Sequence record: HE978309
Source: Enterobacteria phage GEC-3S
Direction: 5' to 3' (one strand)
Length of the DNA stretch: 64,000 nt
Shown here: piece after piece, positions 1 to 9,101 of the stretch
How the letters are laid out: each line of letters starts with the position of its first letter
Numbering within the stretch: position 1 is the stretch's first letter
Program-made: the position numbers and the translations under genes
Notes under the pieces: model-generated
The model's database searches: none
What the model saw: only the letters and a program-made list of their open reading frames with translations
What the model was told of the DNA's origin: nothing

Positions 1-237
1 CCAAAACCACACACCGGAACAGCCAATAGGGGATTCTTTTAACGTCATAGAGTCGTAACCACTGCCGATAATAGTAATTTCTCTAACATCACCATCATCG
101 TCAATGTCTTCTACCCTAAACGGGCGACCAGCCAACAGGTCAACAATACATCTGTTAATAGACGACGAAAATTTAGTCAGTTCGGCTTTCGACGCTTCGC
201 ATTCAATCTTGTAAGTTTTACCAACTTCCCATTCCAT
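1..237 (-). CDS. hypothetical protein, N-terminal part only (gene runs off the window start)
   Basis: ATG at 235-237 preceded by GAGGTG; frame stays open to position 1; not in the ORF track because no stop lies in the window. Confidence 0.4.
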   Translation of the reverse strand, partial: MEWEVGKTYKIECEASKAELTKFSSSINRCIVDLLAGRPFRVEDIDDDGDVREITIIGSGYDSMTLKESPIGCSGVWFW

Positions 238-247
238 AATAATCACC

Positions 248-751
248 TCAAATAATTTTCACTGGAATACTATTAACAATCTTGTATTGTACTTGATTGT
301 CAGACCCCCGCCACGGCTTCTTCGTTGGCATATCTTTAATATAACGACCATCGATGAACATGTCAACTGATTCTACAATTTTTCTTTGCTCATCATTCAA
401 TTGGTCAAGGGTATAACCAGACCATAGCCAAATATCTTTATTTGGCATCCATGATTTTACTTCATCGATGATCCGCTGTACACCCTTTAAATTGCGTTTA
501 TACAGTGGATCGCCACCTAAGAATGTTAGCCCCTGAATAAAATCAGGTCTAAGCAGATCCAGAATCAATCCCATTGTATCATCGGTGAATGGTTTCCCGT
601 TCTTAGGATTGAGTATACTGGAATTAAAGCAACCATCACATGCGTGTGAACATCCGGTAACGTAAAGGGAGACTCTCACTCCCTCACCGTTAACCATATC
701 ACAATCTTTAATATCGGCATAGCGTAGTTTGCCGTATGTATCAGAACTCAT
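248..751 (-). CDS. nrdG: anaerobic ribonucleotide reductase activating protein NrdG (radical SAM)
   Basis: Cys cluster GCSHACDGC, GGDPL and WRGS.NQV motifs like NrdG; track ORF begins with TTG, first ATG taken at 751; next to nrdD. Confidence 0.85.
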   Translation of the reverse strand: MSSDTYGKLRYADIKDCDMVNGEGVRVSLYVTGCSHACDGCFNSSILNPKNGKPFTDDTMGLILDLLRPDFIQGLTFLGGDPLYKRNLKGVQRIIDEVKSWMPNKDIWLWSGYTLDQLNDEQRKIVESVDMFIDGRYIKDMPTKKPWRGSDNQVQYKIVNSIPVKII

Positions 752-893
752 ATTCAATTACCCCGAACTCGTTTACAATCTGCGCTTTATAGTAACCACC
801 GCGAGATGCCAATAGATAAGCTGGGCTTAGGTATTCGTATTCACGGATTTCTACTTGTGCGTTTTCAGTTTCCCAAATCAGTAAAGTCCACAT
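741..893 (-). CDS. small hypothetical protein (about 50 aa)
   Basis: AGGAGA 7 nt before ATG; stop overlaps the nrdG start; below the ORF-track size cutoff. Confidence 0.3.
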   Translation of the reverse strand: MWTLLIWETENAQVEIREYEYLSPAYLLASRGGYYKAQIVNEFGVIEYEF

Positions 894-935
894 ATTTGAT
901 TCTCCTGTAAAGTTGTATCTCGTCTTGATGAATAT

Positions 936-964
936 AGTATAGGGGATCTCGCGATCCCCGTCAA
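936..964 (-). promoter_or_regulatory. sigma70-type early promoter (-35 TTGACG, 17 bp, -10 TATACT) with GGGGATC/GATCCCC inverted repeat in the spacer
   Basis: hexamers read directly on the minus strand upstream of nrdG. Confidence 0.5.
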
Positions 965-968
965 GCGT

Positions 969-1496
969 TTATTTTAAATTTTTTCGAATGTATTCAGACC
1001 ATTCCTTCCCTGTCATTTCGGACCCGTTCTGGAAACTGAAATATTCATACGGCATCGAGTCAAGATAAAACAGGATCATACATCGCGCCATATAATACCA
1101 ATCACGATTAAAGTAAACTACGTTATCACCAGTACCATCAACCCCTTTATCATAACCATCGCGGGTACGGGCAACCCATTGAATAGTATCATTTTTCTCA
1201 CGGATAGTAACAGGTTCCCAATATCCAGCACATCCAGCATGACCACACGAACAAGTAAGGAAATATTGTCCTTTTGCTTTGTTGTCATCCCATTCACGAT
1301 GGATTGGTTCGATCTCGTGAAACAGTGCCAAACAATCATGATTATGCAACACTGGCTTACCATCAATCAATGCATGGAATGTATACAAACGACCAGTAGA
1401 CAAATAGCTATCCTCACGCTCAACCAGTTCAATAGCAATCTTTTTAGCTCGTTCTTTGTGTCGCTGTGCTTTACGCTTACGGTTTAATGATTTCAT
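969..1496 (-). CDS. hypothetical protein (Cys/His-rich)
   Basis: track ORF; start moved to the ATG preceded by GAGGTG (MKSLNRK...). Confidence 0.6.
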   Translation of the reverse strand: MKSLNRKRKAQRHKERAKKIAIELVEREDSYLSTGRLYTFHALIDGKPVLHNHDCLALFHEIEPIHREWDDNKAKGQYFLTCSCGHAGCAGYWEPVTIREKNDTIQWVARTRDGYDKGVDGTGDNVVYFNRDWYYMARCMILFYLDSMPYEYFSFQNGSEMTGKEWSEYIRKNLK

Positions 1497-1513
1497 ATTC
1501 ACCTCACACATTA

Positions 1514-2059
1514 TCAAATGTCGCGATATAGTACATTATGAAAATGAGAACTTGCATTACCAATATTGTAGATAATAAATTCTTCATCCGGCGCTTGCGC
1601 TACAAATTGAGTATGAGCAACCGCCACAACCTTAAAAATACGATCCGTGATCTTGTGTTTAATTTCTGCTCCTACTTCCATAGGAACATATTCATTTGTT
1701 TCTGTTTCAGTCGCAAAACAGCCATCTTCTTCATAAGCACGAACAAATCGATCGCAATCAGTACGCTTAACAAATTCAAGAGTATACAATTCTCGCGAAT
1801 TGTCGGTATAGACCAATACAGAATTATTCTGATAGCGAATCACATACAGGTTATTATCATCGTCAATTACGCAAAAGCTACGGATTTGTGTTCCTTCTCC
1901 TTTACTCCAGCAGATATTAACCACCGTTCCTCTAATAAAAAAACTTTCCTTTAAATTAAAACTAGCCAATGTGCTAGCGTGCATTTTAACAACAACACCA
2001 TCGCCAATTTCCAGTTTACGAAGTTTAACTTCTTTGCTCAGTACACAAAACATCATCAT
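1514..2059 (-). CDS. hypothetical protein
   Basis: track ORF; GAGAGGA before ATG; promoter immediately upstream. Confidence 0.6.
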   Translation of the reverse strand: MMMFCVLSKEVKLRKLEIGDGVVVKMHASTLASFNLKESFFIRGTVVNICWSKGEGTQIRSFCVIDDDNNLYVIRYQNNSVLVYTDNSRELYTLEFVKRTDCDRFVRAYEEDGCFATETETNEYVPMEVGAEIKHKITDRIFKVVAVAHTQFVAQAPDEEFIIYNIGNASSHFHNVLYRDI

Positions 2060-2091
2060 TATGTTGTCCTCTCGTTGTTTTCGATGTGAGC

Positions 2092-2120
2092 ATTATACAT
2101 TAGCTAATCATGTTGTCAAC
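2092..2120 (-). promoter_or_regulatory. sigma70-type early promoter (-35 TTGACA, 17 bp, -10 TATAAT)
   Basis: exact consensus hexamers on the minus strand. Confidence 0.65.
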
Positions 2121-2124
2121 ACCC

Positions 2125-2157
2125 CAAAACGAAAAAGCCGACCCTTTCGGATCGGCT
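2125..2157 (-). terminator. rho-independent terminator after nrdD
   Basis: AGCCGAtCC-gaaa-GGgTCGGCT hairpin followed by TTTTTCGTTTT on the minus strand. Confidence 0.65.
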
Positions 2158-2162
2158 GAAAA

Positions 2163-4025
2163 TTACATGTGCTTAACGCGGTTTACCATCTCGGAGTGTT
2201 TCCCGTGGTTGAATGGACGCAGATCAACAGATCCAAGATATCCACTAACGCGACGGATAACATTCATCTTTTCCAGATTGTCATTGCCGCAATCAGGGCA
2301 AACAAAACCAGACTCGGTCGCTCTCATTTCCTTAGTAGATCCGCATACATGACATACATCAGAAGGAGTATTAACACCGAAGTAGTGCAATTTATCCATT
2401 GCATAGTCTACTACAGTTTCAAGACCTTTCAGGTTGTTTTTCATGTCTGGGAACTCAACATAAGAGATCATGCCCCCGGACGCCAGCCAGTGATAATCTT
2501 TCTCAAAGTCGATTTTCTCAAATGGAGTGACTTTCCGGTCTACGTCAAGGTGGAATGAGTTGGTGTACCAGTCTTTATCGGTAGCACCCTTAACAATACC
2601 AAATTGCTCTCGGTCCAGTCGATTAAATCGATAGCAAAGGCTCTCGGCTGGCGTACCGTAAAGACTAAACCCAAGTCCAGTTTCGTCCTTCCATTTTTCA
2701 GTATAATGACGCAAGATCTTAAGAATATGTTTACCGTATCGCTGCGCAACTTCCGAATCAAACGGATGAACACCAAACAGGACGCTCAATACCTCATGTA
2801 AACCAATATATCCAAGAGAGATACTAGCTCGACCATCTTTCAACACTTCCAAAATTTCATCGTTTTGATGAATACGGAAAAATGCACCTTCGGTATACAG
2901 TACAGGAGCAACATTGGCTTTAGCCCCTTTTAAAGCGTCTACGCGACTCATGAGCGCATCAAAGCAAATAGGCAGACGATTAGCTAGCTCTTGTTCGAAT
3001 AGCTCAATTCTGCGCATTACAGACGCTTTACCAGCACGACGCGCGGCAATAAGGGCAATACGCGGAAGATTCAGAGTAACAACACCTAAGTTATTACGTC
3101 CGTCTAATACTTCTTCGCCTTTCTCATTATGCCACACACCCAGGAAGCTACGACAACCCATCGGGCTAACCGGAACACTAGATCCAGTGATACTACGGTT
3201 ATTCTTTGCAGAGATATAATCAGGGTAAAGACGCTTACTAGAACATTCCAATGCAAGTTGCTTAATGTCGTAGTTCGGATCTTCCGGTTTAAGGTTTAAT
3301 CCTTCTTCTAAGAACATCACCAGCTTAGGAAACACCGGAGTGATACCATCTTTACCTAAACCTTTAGTTCGAACTTTCAGGATCGCTTTCTGAATCAGTT
3401 TTTCTTCCCAGCTAGTACCCATACCAAATGTTAAAGTCACAAAAGGTGTTTGACCGTTGGTGGAGAACAAAGTGTTGATTTCATATTCTAACGCTTGATA
3501 CCCGTCTAGCGTTTCTTTTTCTGTCTTCTCTTGTGCATAGAGAGTATCAGCTTTGATTCCGTAGGTTTCGGCATCAGCAAGGTGTTTATGATATGTTTTC
3601 TCAACATACGGTGCTAACACCTGATCGATGTTTGCAATTGTGGTCCCGCCATATTGATGACTTGCCACCTGTGCGATAATTTGAGCGGTTACAGCACAAG
3701 CAACGCCGATTGATTTCGGACTTTCGATTTGTGCGCTACCCAATTTAAAACCATTCTCTAGCATGTCTTTTAGATTAACAAGACAGCAGTTAGTAAACGG
3801 CATAGCGGGTGCATAATCCATATCATGATAATGAATATCACCGTCTACATGCGCTTTATAGATGTGCTCAGGTAACACGGTTTTAGCAATCTGTTTAGAC
3901 ACAGCGCCAGCAATCAGATCTCGACGTGTCGGGAATGTTCGCGCGTCTTTGTTCGCGTTCTCTTTGCTTACTTCGTTTTCTTTACCCGTTGCGATCTCTG
4001 TAATGTCTTTGATTAGTTTTTCCAT
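2163..4025 (-). CDS. nrdD: anaerobic ribonucleoside-triphosphate reductase NrdD (glycyl radical enzyme)
   Basis: 620 aa; C-terminal glycyl-radical motif RVSGYLG; Zn-ribbon CHVCG...CPDCG; AGGTGA before ATG; no intron interruption. Confidence 0.95.
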   Translation of the reverse strand: MEKLIKDITEIATGKENEVSKENANKDARTFPTRRDLIAGAVSKQIAKTVLPEHIYKAHVDGDIHYHDMDYAPAMPFTNCCLVNLKDMLENGFKLGSAQIESPKSIGVACAVTAQIIAQVASHQYGGTTIANIDQVLAPYVEKTYHKHLADAETYGIKADTLYAQEKTEKETLDGYQALEYEINTLFSTNGQTPFVTLTFGMGTSWEEKLIQKAILKVRTKGLGKDGITPVFPKLVMFLEEGLNLKPEDPNYDIKQLALECSSKRLYPDYISAKNNRSITGSSVPVSPMGCRSFLGVWHNEKGEEVLDGRNNLGVVTLNLPRIALIAARRAGKASVMRRIELFEQELANRLPICFDALMSRVDALKGAKANVAPVLYTEGAFFRIHQNDEILEVLKDGRASISLGYIGLHEVLSVLFGVHPFDSEVAQRYGKHILKILRHYTEKWKDETGLGFSLYGTPAESLCYRFNRLDREQFGIVKGATDKDWYTNSFHLDVDRKVTPFEKIDFEKDYHWLASGGMISYVEFPDMKNNLKGLETVVDYAMDKLHYFGVNTPSDVCHVCGSTKEMRATESGFVCPDCGNDNLEKMNVIRRVSGYLGSVDLRPFNHGKHSEMVNRVKHM

Positions 4026-4070
4026 TGTATCACCTATGAAAAAGCGGGATTTTCTCCCGCTCGTTGATAG

Positions 4071-4565
4071 TTATTTTACCAGTTCTGCTAATTCTTTTTC
4101 TTTAGCTTCCAGTTCAGCCTTAAGCTGTTTAATCTCTTGTCGCTTCTTATTAGCGGCTTCTTGCTTACTATTTCGGATAACCTGATCTAGATACAACTCC
4201 CAATCCTGAATATTTTTGATAATATAACCGTCAACATTAATTGGTCGGATATTTAGTACAGCTTCCAGTTTAGTCGCAAAAACTTTAATTGCTGGGGTGA
4301 AGTATTCATATTCGTTATCTTCAAACCAATAACCTAGACTTGCATTATCAATACGAAGACGAAGTTCAAGATCAAGGTCTTTATCTTCGGTGTAAAGATC
4401 TTTCACCTGACCCAGCGAACTAACAACAACTTTAAAACGAATTTTATCTACACCACCAAACACATCAGTAAGTATACCAGCAATTGAGCTATTAGCGCAA
4501 GATTGGTCGCTGAATGCGTCAAGGTTTTCTTTAGTTACAGTATACCAAACATCTTGTACCCACAT
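4071..4565 (-). CDS. hypothetical protein (C-terminal coiled coil)
   Basis: track ORF; GAGGATTATATTATG leader. Confidence 0.6.
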   Translation of the reverse strand: MWVQDVWYTVTKENLDAFSDQSCANSSIAGILTDVFGGVDKIRFKVVVSSLGQVKDLYTEDKDLDLELRLRIDNASLGYWFEDNEYEYFTPAIKVFATKLEAVLNIRPINVDGYIIKNIQDWELYLDQVIRNSKQEAANKKRQEIKQLKAELEAKEKELAELVK

Positions 4566-4595
4566 AATATAATCCTCTCGTTGTTAAGTGGGAGT

Positions 4596-4623
4596 ATTAT
4601 AGCATACTCCCTTCGCATGTCAA
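4596..4623 (-). promoter_or_regulatory. sigma70-type early promoter (TTGACA, 16 bp, TATAAT) with -10 embedded in GGGAGTAT/ATACTCCC inverted repeat
   Basis: hexamers and 8-bp inverted repeat (4590-4611) read directly. Confidence 0.6.
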
Positions 4624-5798
4624 GCACTAACTTTTTTCTTTACTGCTTTCACCTTCTGGCGAATTGCTCGAATCTCTTCGATCTCTTTTTCAGTATCTTT
4701 AACAATTTCTTTGCGATTCTGAATATCTTTATCGAGATTATCATCAAGTTTAGGCAGCATGTCAATCAAGAACTTTTTAAGGTCTTTCAGGTTGCGAATA
4801 ACAGTACCTTCACCCATTACCGCCACGCCTACACCATCCGGCAGATCACCAAACAGTTTAACCAGTTCAGACAGATGATCATGATCTTCTAGTGCTTCTT
4901 CCGGTTCAGATGGCAGTTCAACAAAGTAATAACGTTCATCATTGCTGATCAGGTGATACCAGCAAAGCCCAAAAGATTTAGGAGTATATTCTACACCACC
5001 AACTTCAACTGCGTCAACACTTCCGAAAGAATCTACTTTAGTTACCTTAAATCCATGTTCCAGCGTTTTAATAATTTCAATAACATGACTGGATACGGTT
5101 TCAGTATTAAACCAATGAGGCAAATTATGTGGATTTGGCTTGTATCGTTCGCCTACTTTAAATCTCTGACCACGCTCTTGCATACGGACATATTCAACTC
5201 GCGTGATTTCCGCGAAGTATTCAAATTCGCTACCGTCAAACAAGCAATTCCATTGATCACAAAAACGATCCGCCTTGACGGTTTCACCTTTCGCGGTGAT
5301 CATGGTAGCTGATCCGTGCAATTCTTCTTCAACTAAAAAGCCATATTCTACAAAATCAACAAGTTTCATGGCTTCTTTGTGCTCTGGGTCATGCTCTCCC
5401 CAGAATCGCTTAAATTCTTGCAAACCTTCTGGGGTAAACGAATAACATTTACCTTTTTCAAAGTAAGTCGGCATTGCATCCTCTTTCTTGTTCATCGCTT
5501 CGTATGCCTCTTTTGAGATACGTTTAAAGTATTTGCGCTCATTGTGCATAATCATAGTAGCCCAATAATAAACGATATCCTCAGCGGAATAAACTACATC
5601 TCCAGCTTCAATAGTAATAACATGACCGTTGTCATCTTTTTCTAATACTTTAAAGCCCTTTTCTACGATTTCAGCAACCCGAATATGACCACGGCGCGAA
5701 GCATCGGTCAGAATAATTGAATAGCGAGAAAAGTCTAGAAACTCATCTTTACCACCTTCACGGAATGCATAGTAATGACCTTCAAAGAATTTAGCCAT
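4620..5798 (-). CDS. hypothetical protein, paralog family member with two internal GFKV-type repeats
   Basis: track ORF; shares NGFKVL...ERKYFKRI(S/T)K with the two downstream paralogs; GAGGATTATATTATG leader. Confidence 0.65.
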   Translation of the reverse strand: MAKFFEGHYYAFREGGKDEFLDFSRYSIILTDASRRGHIRVAEIVEKGFKVLEKDDNGHVITIEAGDVVYSAEDIVYYWATMIMHNERKYFKRISKEAYEAMNKKEDAMPTYFEKGKCYSFTPEGLQEFKRFWGEHDPEHKEAMKLVDFVEYGFLVEEELHGSATMITAKGETVKADRFCDQWNCLFDGSEFEYFAEITRVEYVRMQERGQRFKVGERYKPNPHNLPHWFNTETVSSHVIEIIKTLEHGFKVTKVDSFGSVDAVEVGGVEYTPKSFGLCWYHLISNDERYYFVELPSEPEEALEDHDHLSELVKLFGDLPDGVGVAVMGEGTVIRNLKDLKKFLIDMLPKLDDNLDKDIQNRKEIVKDTEKEIEEIRAIRQKVKAVKKKVSA

Positions 5799-5829
5799 AA
5801 TATAATCCTCTCGTTGTTTAGATGGGAGT

Positions 5830-5858
5830 ATCTTACTACTCCCGTTTCATCATGTCAA
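5830..5858 (-). promoter_or_regulatory. sigma70-type early promoter (TTGACA, 17 bp, TAAGAT) with GGGAGTAG/ACTCCC inverted repeat around the -10
   Basis: read directly; near-identical copy at 6740-6768 and 28571-28599. Confidence 0.55.
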
Positions 5859-6421
5859 GCGTTAAATGACTTTTGGATCTCTTTCAGTTCAGCTACTTTA
5901 TAGGCGCTGAATTTAGCGTAGGTATCATGTCGAATAATTTCACTTTCAAGAAAGGTTTCCAGCCGAGATCTATTTTCAATAAGGAACTCTTTCAGGTCTT
6001 CCGCGTTCTTGATAAAGATTTTATTGTCAGTAATGTCATCTTCAATCGCAAAGGAGATAGAGCGAACTTTACCAAACAAGTTAATCAGATCTTCCAGAGA
6101 TTCTTCTTTCTTAACTGGTTTCATTTCTTCAAACTGCTTTTTAGTGATGCGTTTAAAGTATTTGCGCTCGTTTGCAGCAATCAGAACAGATGCACCTTCA
6201 TACCCATGAGTTTCTACCAGATACACACGCCCCATCGCATCAACAGTGAGAACTTTAAAGCCGTTACAAAGCACGTCATACAAGAACTTATTATGTTGCG
6301 GACATCGTTTGATAAATTCTGCGGCTGTTTCTGCACTACGGAAAGTATAGTAACGACCTCGTTCAAAAACAGCATCATTTGAAGACTTAGCCGGATACAC
6401 TTTATACATTTTCTGTACCAT
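5855..6421 (-). CDS. hypothetical protein, paralog family member (one GFKV-type repeat)
   Basis: track ORF; start moved to the ATG behind GAGGATTATATT. Confidence 0.6.
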   Translation of the reverse strand: MVQKMYKVYPAKSSNDAVFERGRYYTFRSAETAAEFIKRCPQHNKFLYDVLCNGFKVLTVDAMGRVYLVETHGYEGASVLIAANERKYFKRITKKQFEEMKPVKKEESLEDLINLFGKVRSISFAIEDDITDNKIFIKNAEDLKEFLIENRSRLETFLESEIIRHDTYAKFSAYKVAELKEIQKSFNA

Positions 6422-6435
6422 AATATAATCCTCTA

Positions 6436-6708
6436 TCATTTCACTAATTGAACAGCACGAAACAGAATGCGGTCACACGGAAGCAGCATAAATTCCCAAC
6501 GCGGATCAAAGTCTTTAGCGGTATATGTTTTCCCATCAACCGAGATTTCACTTACATAACCAATAGGTGACACTTTAAGAACAGTAAATCCATTCTTGAT
6601 TGCTTCGTAGGTATCTTTCAGACCTTCGTAGTCGTCCTCTAAGAAGTCTTTATGTGCTTGCTCAGATTTAAAAACATAGGCCACACCGGATTTAAACATC
6701 TTACGCAT
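6436..6708 (-). CDS. hypothetical protein, short paralog family member
   Basis: track ORF begins with TTG; start moved to ATG behind AAGGAGAATCAACA. Confidence 0.55.
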   Translation of the reverse strand: MRKMFKSGVAYVFKSEQAHKDFLEDDYEGLKDTYEAIKNGFTVLKVSPIGYVSEISVDGKTYTAKDFDPRWEFMLLPCDRILFRAVQLVK

Positions 6709-6739
6709 TGTTGATTCTCCTTCTTGATTAGATGGGAGC

Positions 6740-6768
6740 ATTTTACTACTCCCATTTCTTATTGTCAA
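6740..6768 (-). promoter_or_regulatory. sigma70-type early promoter (TTGACA, 17 bp, TAAAAT) with GGGAG/CTCCC inverted repeat around the -10
   Basis: read directly. Confidence 0.55.
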
Positions 6769-6771
6769 CTA

Positions 6772-7245
6772 CTATCTTAATCTTTGTATGAATTGTTTCT
6801 TATACTTCTTCGTGATTTCTTCTCGTGTATCAGCGTCGCAGTAATCGAAACCTTCTGCGTCCATAATAGCAACCATCTCCGCTCGTGTCAAGCGTGAAAA
6901 TCGTTTTACTTTATCAACAGCATATTGAGGATGTAAATGATTGTTGGTGTAGTCTCCTTTGATGTAATTAACATAGTTTGTAGCCCAAACAACGAAATCA
7001 GCACCTAAAGCACCAACACCAAACCGTTTAAAGTCTCCGGTCAACGATCCTTCTAGGCGGTTGCAACACGAATGAAGCAATCCCCTTACGCGGCCTTGCC
7101 CTTTCCCATCTAGATCGTGGTCGTGGTCAAGATGGTTTTTGCTCATATCCTCAAAAAGTGGCAATTGACAAAGGGGGCAAATGCCCCCCTGTTTTTCGAA
7201 TAGTTCTTGTTTGTACTCTTTAGCACTCTTAGCAGTCAGTAACAT
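6772..7245 (-). CDS. 49: endonuclease VII (Holliday junction resolvase, T4 gp49)
   Basis: N-terminus MLLTAKSAKEYKQ and Cys/His motifs CPLCQ, NHLDHDHD match my recollection of T4 endonuclease VII; 157 aa from the ATG behind GGAGGGTG. Confidence 0.9.
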   Translation of the reverse strand: MLLTAKSAKEYKQELFEKQGGICPLCQLPLFEDMSKNHLDHDHDLDGKGQGRVRGLLHSCCNRLEGSLTGDFKRFGVGALGADFVVWATNYVNYIKGDYTNNHLHPQYAVDKVKRFSRLTRAEMVAIMDAEGFDYCDADTREEITKKYKKQFIQRLR

Positions 7246-7269
7246 AAATTCACCCTCCAAAGAAGGTAT

Positions 7270-7551
7270 TTAACCATTAATCTTGTTTTTGACTACAAAG
7301 GATCGGAACTCATCAAAACCACCGATATAATCACCATCATAGAAAATCTGCGGCATGGTGGCAATAACTTCTACCCCTGCGCGATCCTGAATATCGGCAA
7401 TGATAGAATCAATCTTTACCGGGCGACCGTTTTCGTCCACACCATCATTAACCGGAATGTAGATGTAAGGGATCTTACGCGCTTCACAAAGGCGCTTTGC
7501 ATTCTGGCAATACTTACAGTTGTAACCTTCAAAACCAAAAATTTCTACCAT
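7270..7551 (-). CDS. nrdC: glutaredoxin/thioredoxin-like protein (T4 NrdC-like)
   Basis: CKYC redox motif, TMPQIF and GGFDEF motifs; start moved to ATG behind GAGGT. Confidence 0.8.
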   Translation of the reverse strand: MVEIFGFEGYNCKYCQNAKRLCEARKIPYIYIPVNDGVDENGRPVKIDSIIADIQDRAGVEVIATMPQIFYDGDYIGGFDEFRSFVVKNKING

Positions 7552-7552
7552 G

Positions 7553-8308
7553 TTATACCTCATTCAGTTCTATATCAAGTTCATTTTCAATAATATAGGC
7601 ATTAACTGCCCGTGCCGCATCATCTTCTGTGTCAAATCTTCCTATATACACACCGCGAACTTTAGCACCGTAATTACCTTGTTTTGGTACTTTGTAAACG
7701 TATCTATGACGGGAACTTGCTGCTTTTTGGAGCTTCTTGCCATATTCAGACTTTGCATATTCTATATCATCAATCTCGTTTATACAAGACCTATCACCAA
7801 AATGTTTCAACGCTGCAAGATTATATGCATACGCCGCACCGATCTCGGAGGGAAAATATCCTAAATGTATAGACTTCCCATCCAACATTATTGCACCAGT
7901 CCAATAACCTTTATTCTTATTAAACGACACACCTTTATACTTCGAATATGTTTTGCATTTGGTCTTGCTCATATTCATATTATTTTGTTTGCTTGTCGTC
8001 TCTCTAAGGTTTTCAATGCGGCTATTATAACGATCTCGGTCTTTATGATCTATATACTTAGGACAATGACCATGAAACATATGATAGATAACACGGTGCA
8101 TACGTTCGTATCGCTCGCCAGTCCATACAATACGATACCCATCGGGGGTATCACTTCCAGCTAATCCGTTTATAACACCTTTTCGGTGCGGGTGAATCTT
8201 CCACCTAAGAAAACCATCATCATAATAAAACCGTGAATGATATAAATCATATAAACGTTTATCTTCTGGAGTCTTGTGTATAACCTCATATTTTAACATT
8301 GGTGACAT
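7553..8308 (-). CDS. HNH homing endonuclease with two AP2-type DNA-binding domains (Mob-like)
   Basis: HNH core IDHKDRDRYNSRIENLRETT; AP2-like YKGVSF...GAAYAYN and GAKVRG...EDDAARAVN; paralog of the ORF at 35956-36696. Confidence 0.8.
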   Translation of the reverse strand: MSPMLKYEVIHKTPEDKRLYDLYHSRFYYDDGFLRWKIHPHRKGVINGLAGSDTPDGYRIVWTGERYERMHRVIYHMFHGHCPKYIDHKDRDRYNSRIENLRETTSKQNNMNMSKTKCKTYSKYKGVSFNKNKGYWTGAIMLDGKSIHLGYFPSEIGAAYAYNLAALKHFGDRSCINEIDDIEYAKSEYGKKLQKAASSRHRYVYKVPKQGNYGAKVRGVYIGRFDTEDDAARAVNAYIIENELDIELNEV

Positions 8309-9101
8309 AAACTTCCTTAGTATCGGATTTTTTACCCCCGCTACGATCTAAACAATATGTTTTATCCAGTTCAACAACAGAAACATCATTACGTTCGATA
8401 AAATCAAGCAAATGGTTGTTAACTTTCCCTTTGTGGTGAGTAACATTGCTTAATCCAAACTTAGCACCGCTAGACATTAATGATTCTATCCACATGTAGA
8501 ATTTAATCTCTTCTTCTTCACTCCAGAACTTATTATATTCTGCCGACGTGATCCAATATGGCGGATCAAGGAAAACGAAATCACCTGGCAAGATCTCGAT
8601 CTCGTCATAGCGACCAGACGTAAAACTGATTCGACCGTCTTTGTTTTCTTCCTTAAAATTCAGGACACGCTCTACCGCGTTTTCGTTAAAAGTCCGGCGA
8701 CCAAAATTAGCATTAAATTCTCCCTTTCGGTTATGGCGGTTAATGTTGCTAAAACTGTGCTGAATCAACACAAACAGCGATAGCGGATCTGGATTCTCGT
8801 TATACTTCTTACGGAATGTCATGTAAGCGTCTTTATCTTCGCGAGACAAACCATTTTCGGCAATAATACGCTTGATCGTAGAAACCGGATCAGGACACTC
8901 GTCAATCGCTTTGTACGCGTCAATTAAGCGGTGATCATAGTCATTAGCCAGCACATCACCTTCGACGTACAGAGACACGCTCAAGCCTCCACAGAAGGCA
9001 TCAACAAAGCGGTTATAGCGCTTAGGGAAATACTTACTAACACCTGGCAATAGCTTTTCCTTATTGCCAGTATAGGGAATTAAACCTAATGCTTTCTTCA
9101 T
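8286..9101 (-). CDS. dam: DNA adenine methyltransferase (T4 Dam-like)
   Basis: SAM motif FVDAFCGGLSV and catalytic FLDPPY; resembles T4 Dam as I recall it. Confidence 0.9.
   Translation of the reverse strand: MKKALGLIPYTGNKEKLLPGVSKYFPKRYNRFVDAFCGGLSVSLYVEGDVLANDYDHRLIDAYKAIDECPDPVSTIKRIIAENGLSREDKDAYMTFRKKYNENPDPLSLFVLIQHSFSNINRHNRKGEFNANFGRRTFNENAVERVLNFKEENKDGRISFTSGRYDEIEILPGDFVFLDPPYWITSAEYNKFWSEEEEIKFYMWIESLMSSGAKFGLSNVTHHKGKVNNHLLDFIERNDVSVVELDKTYCLDRSGGKKSDTKEVYVTNVKI

Noticed and set aside
1118-2558. Several overlapping plus- and minus-strand track ORFs (1118-1366, 1179-1487, 1538-1954, 1971-2159, 2110-2352, 2169-2558)
   Set aside because: All lie inside or antisense to better-supported minus-strand genes or cross a promoter/terminator; none has a ribosome-binding site.
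2163-4025. Possible group I intron or intron-encoded endonuclease in nrdD
   Set aside because: The nrdD reading frame is continuous over 620 codons with all expected motifs; no interruption seen.
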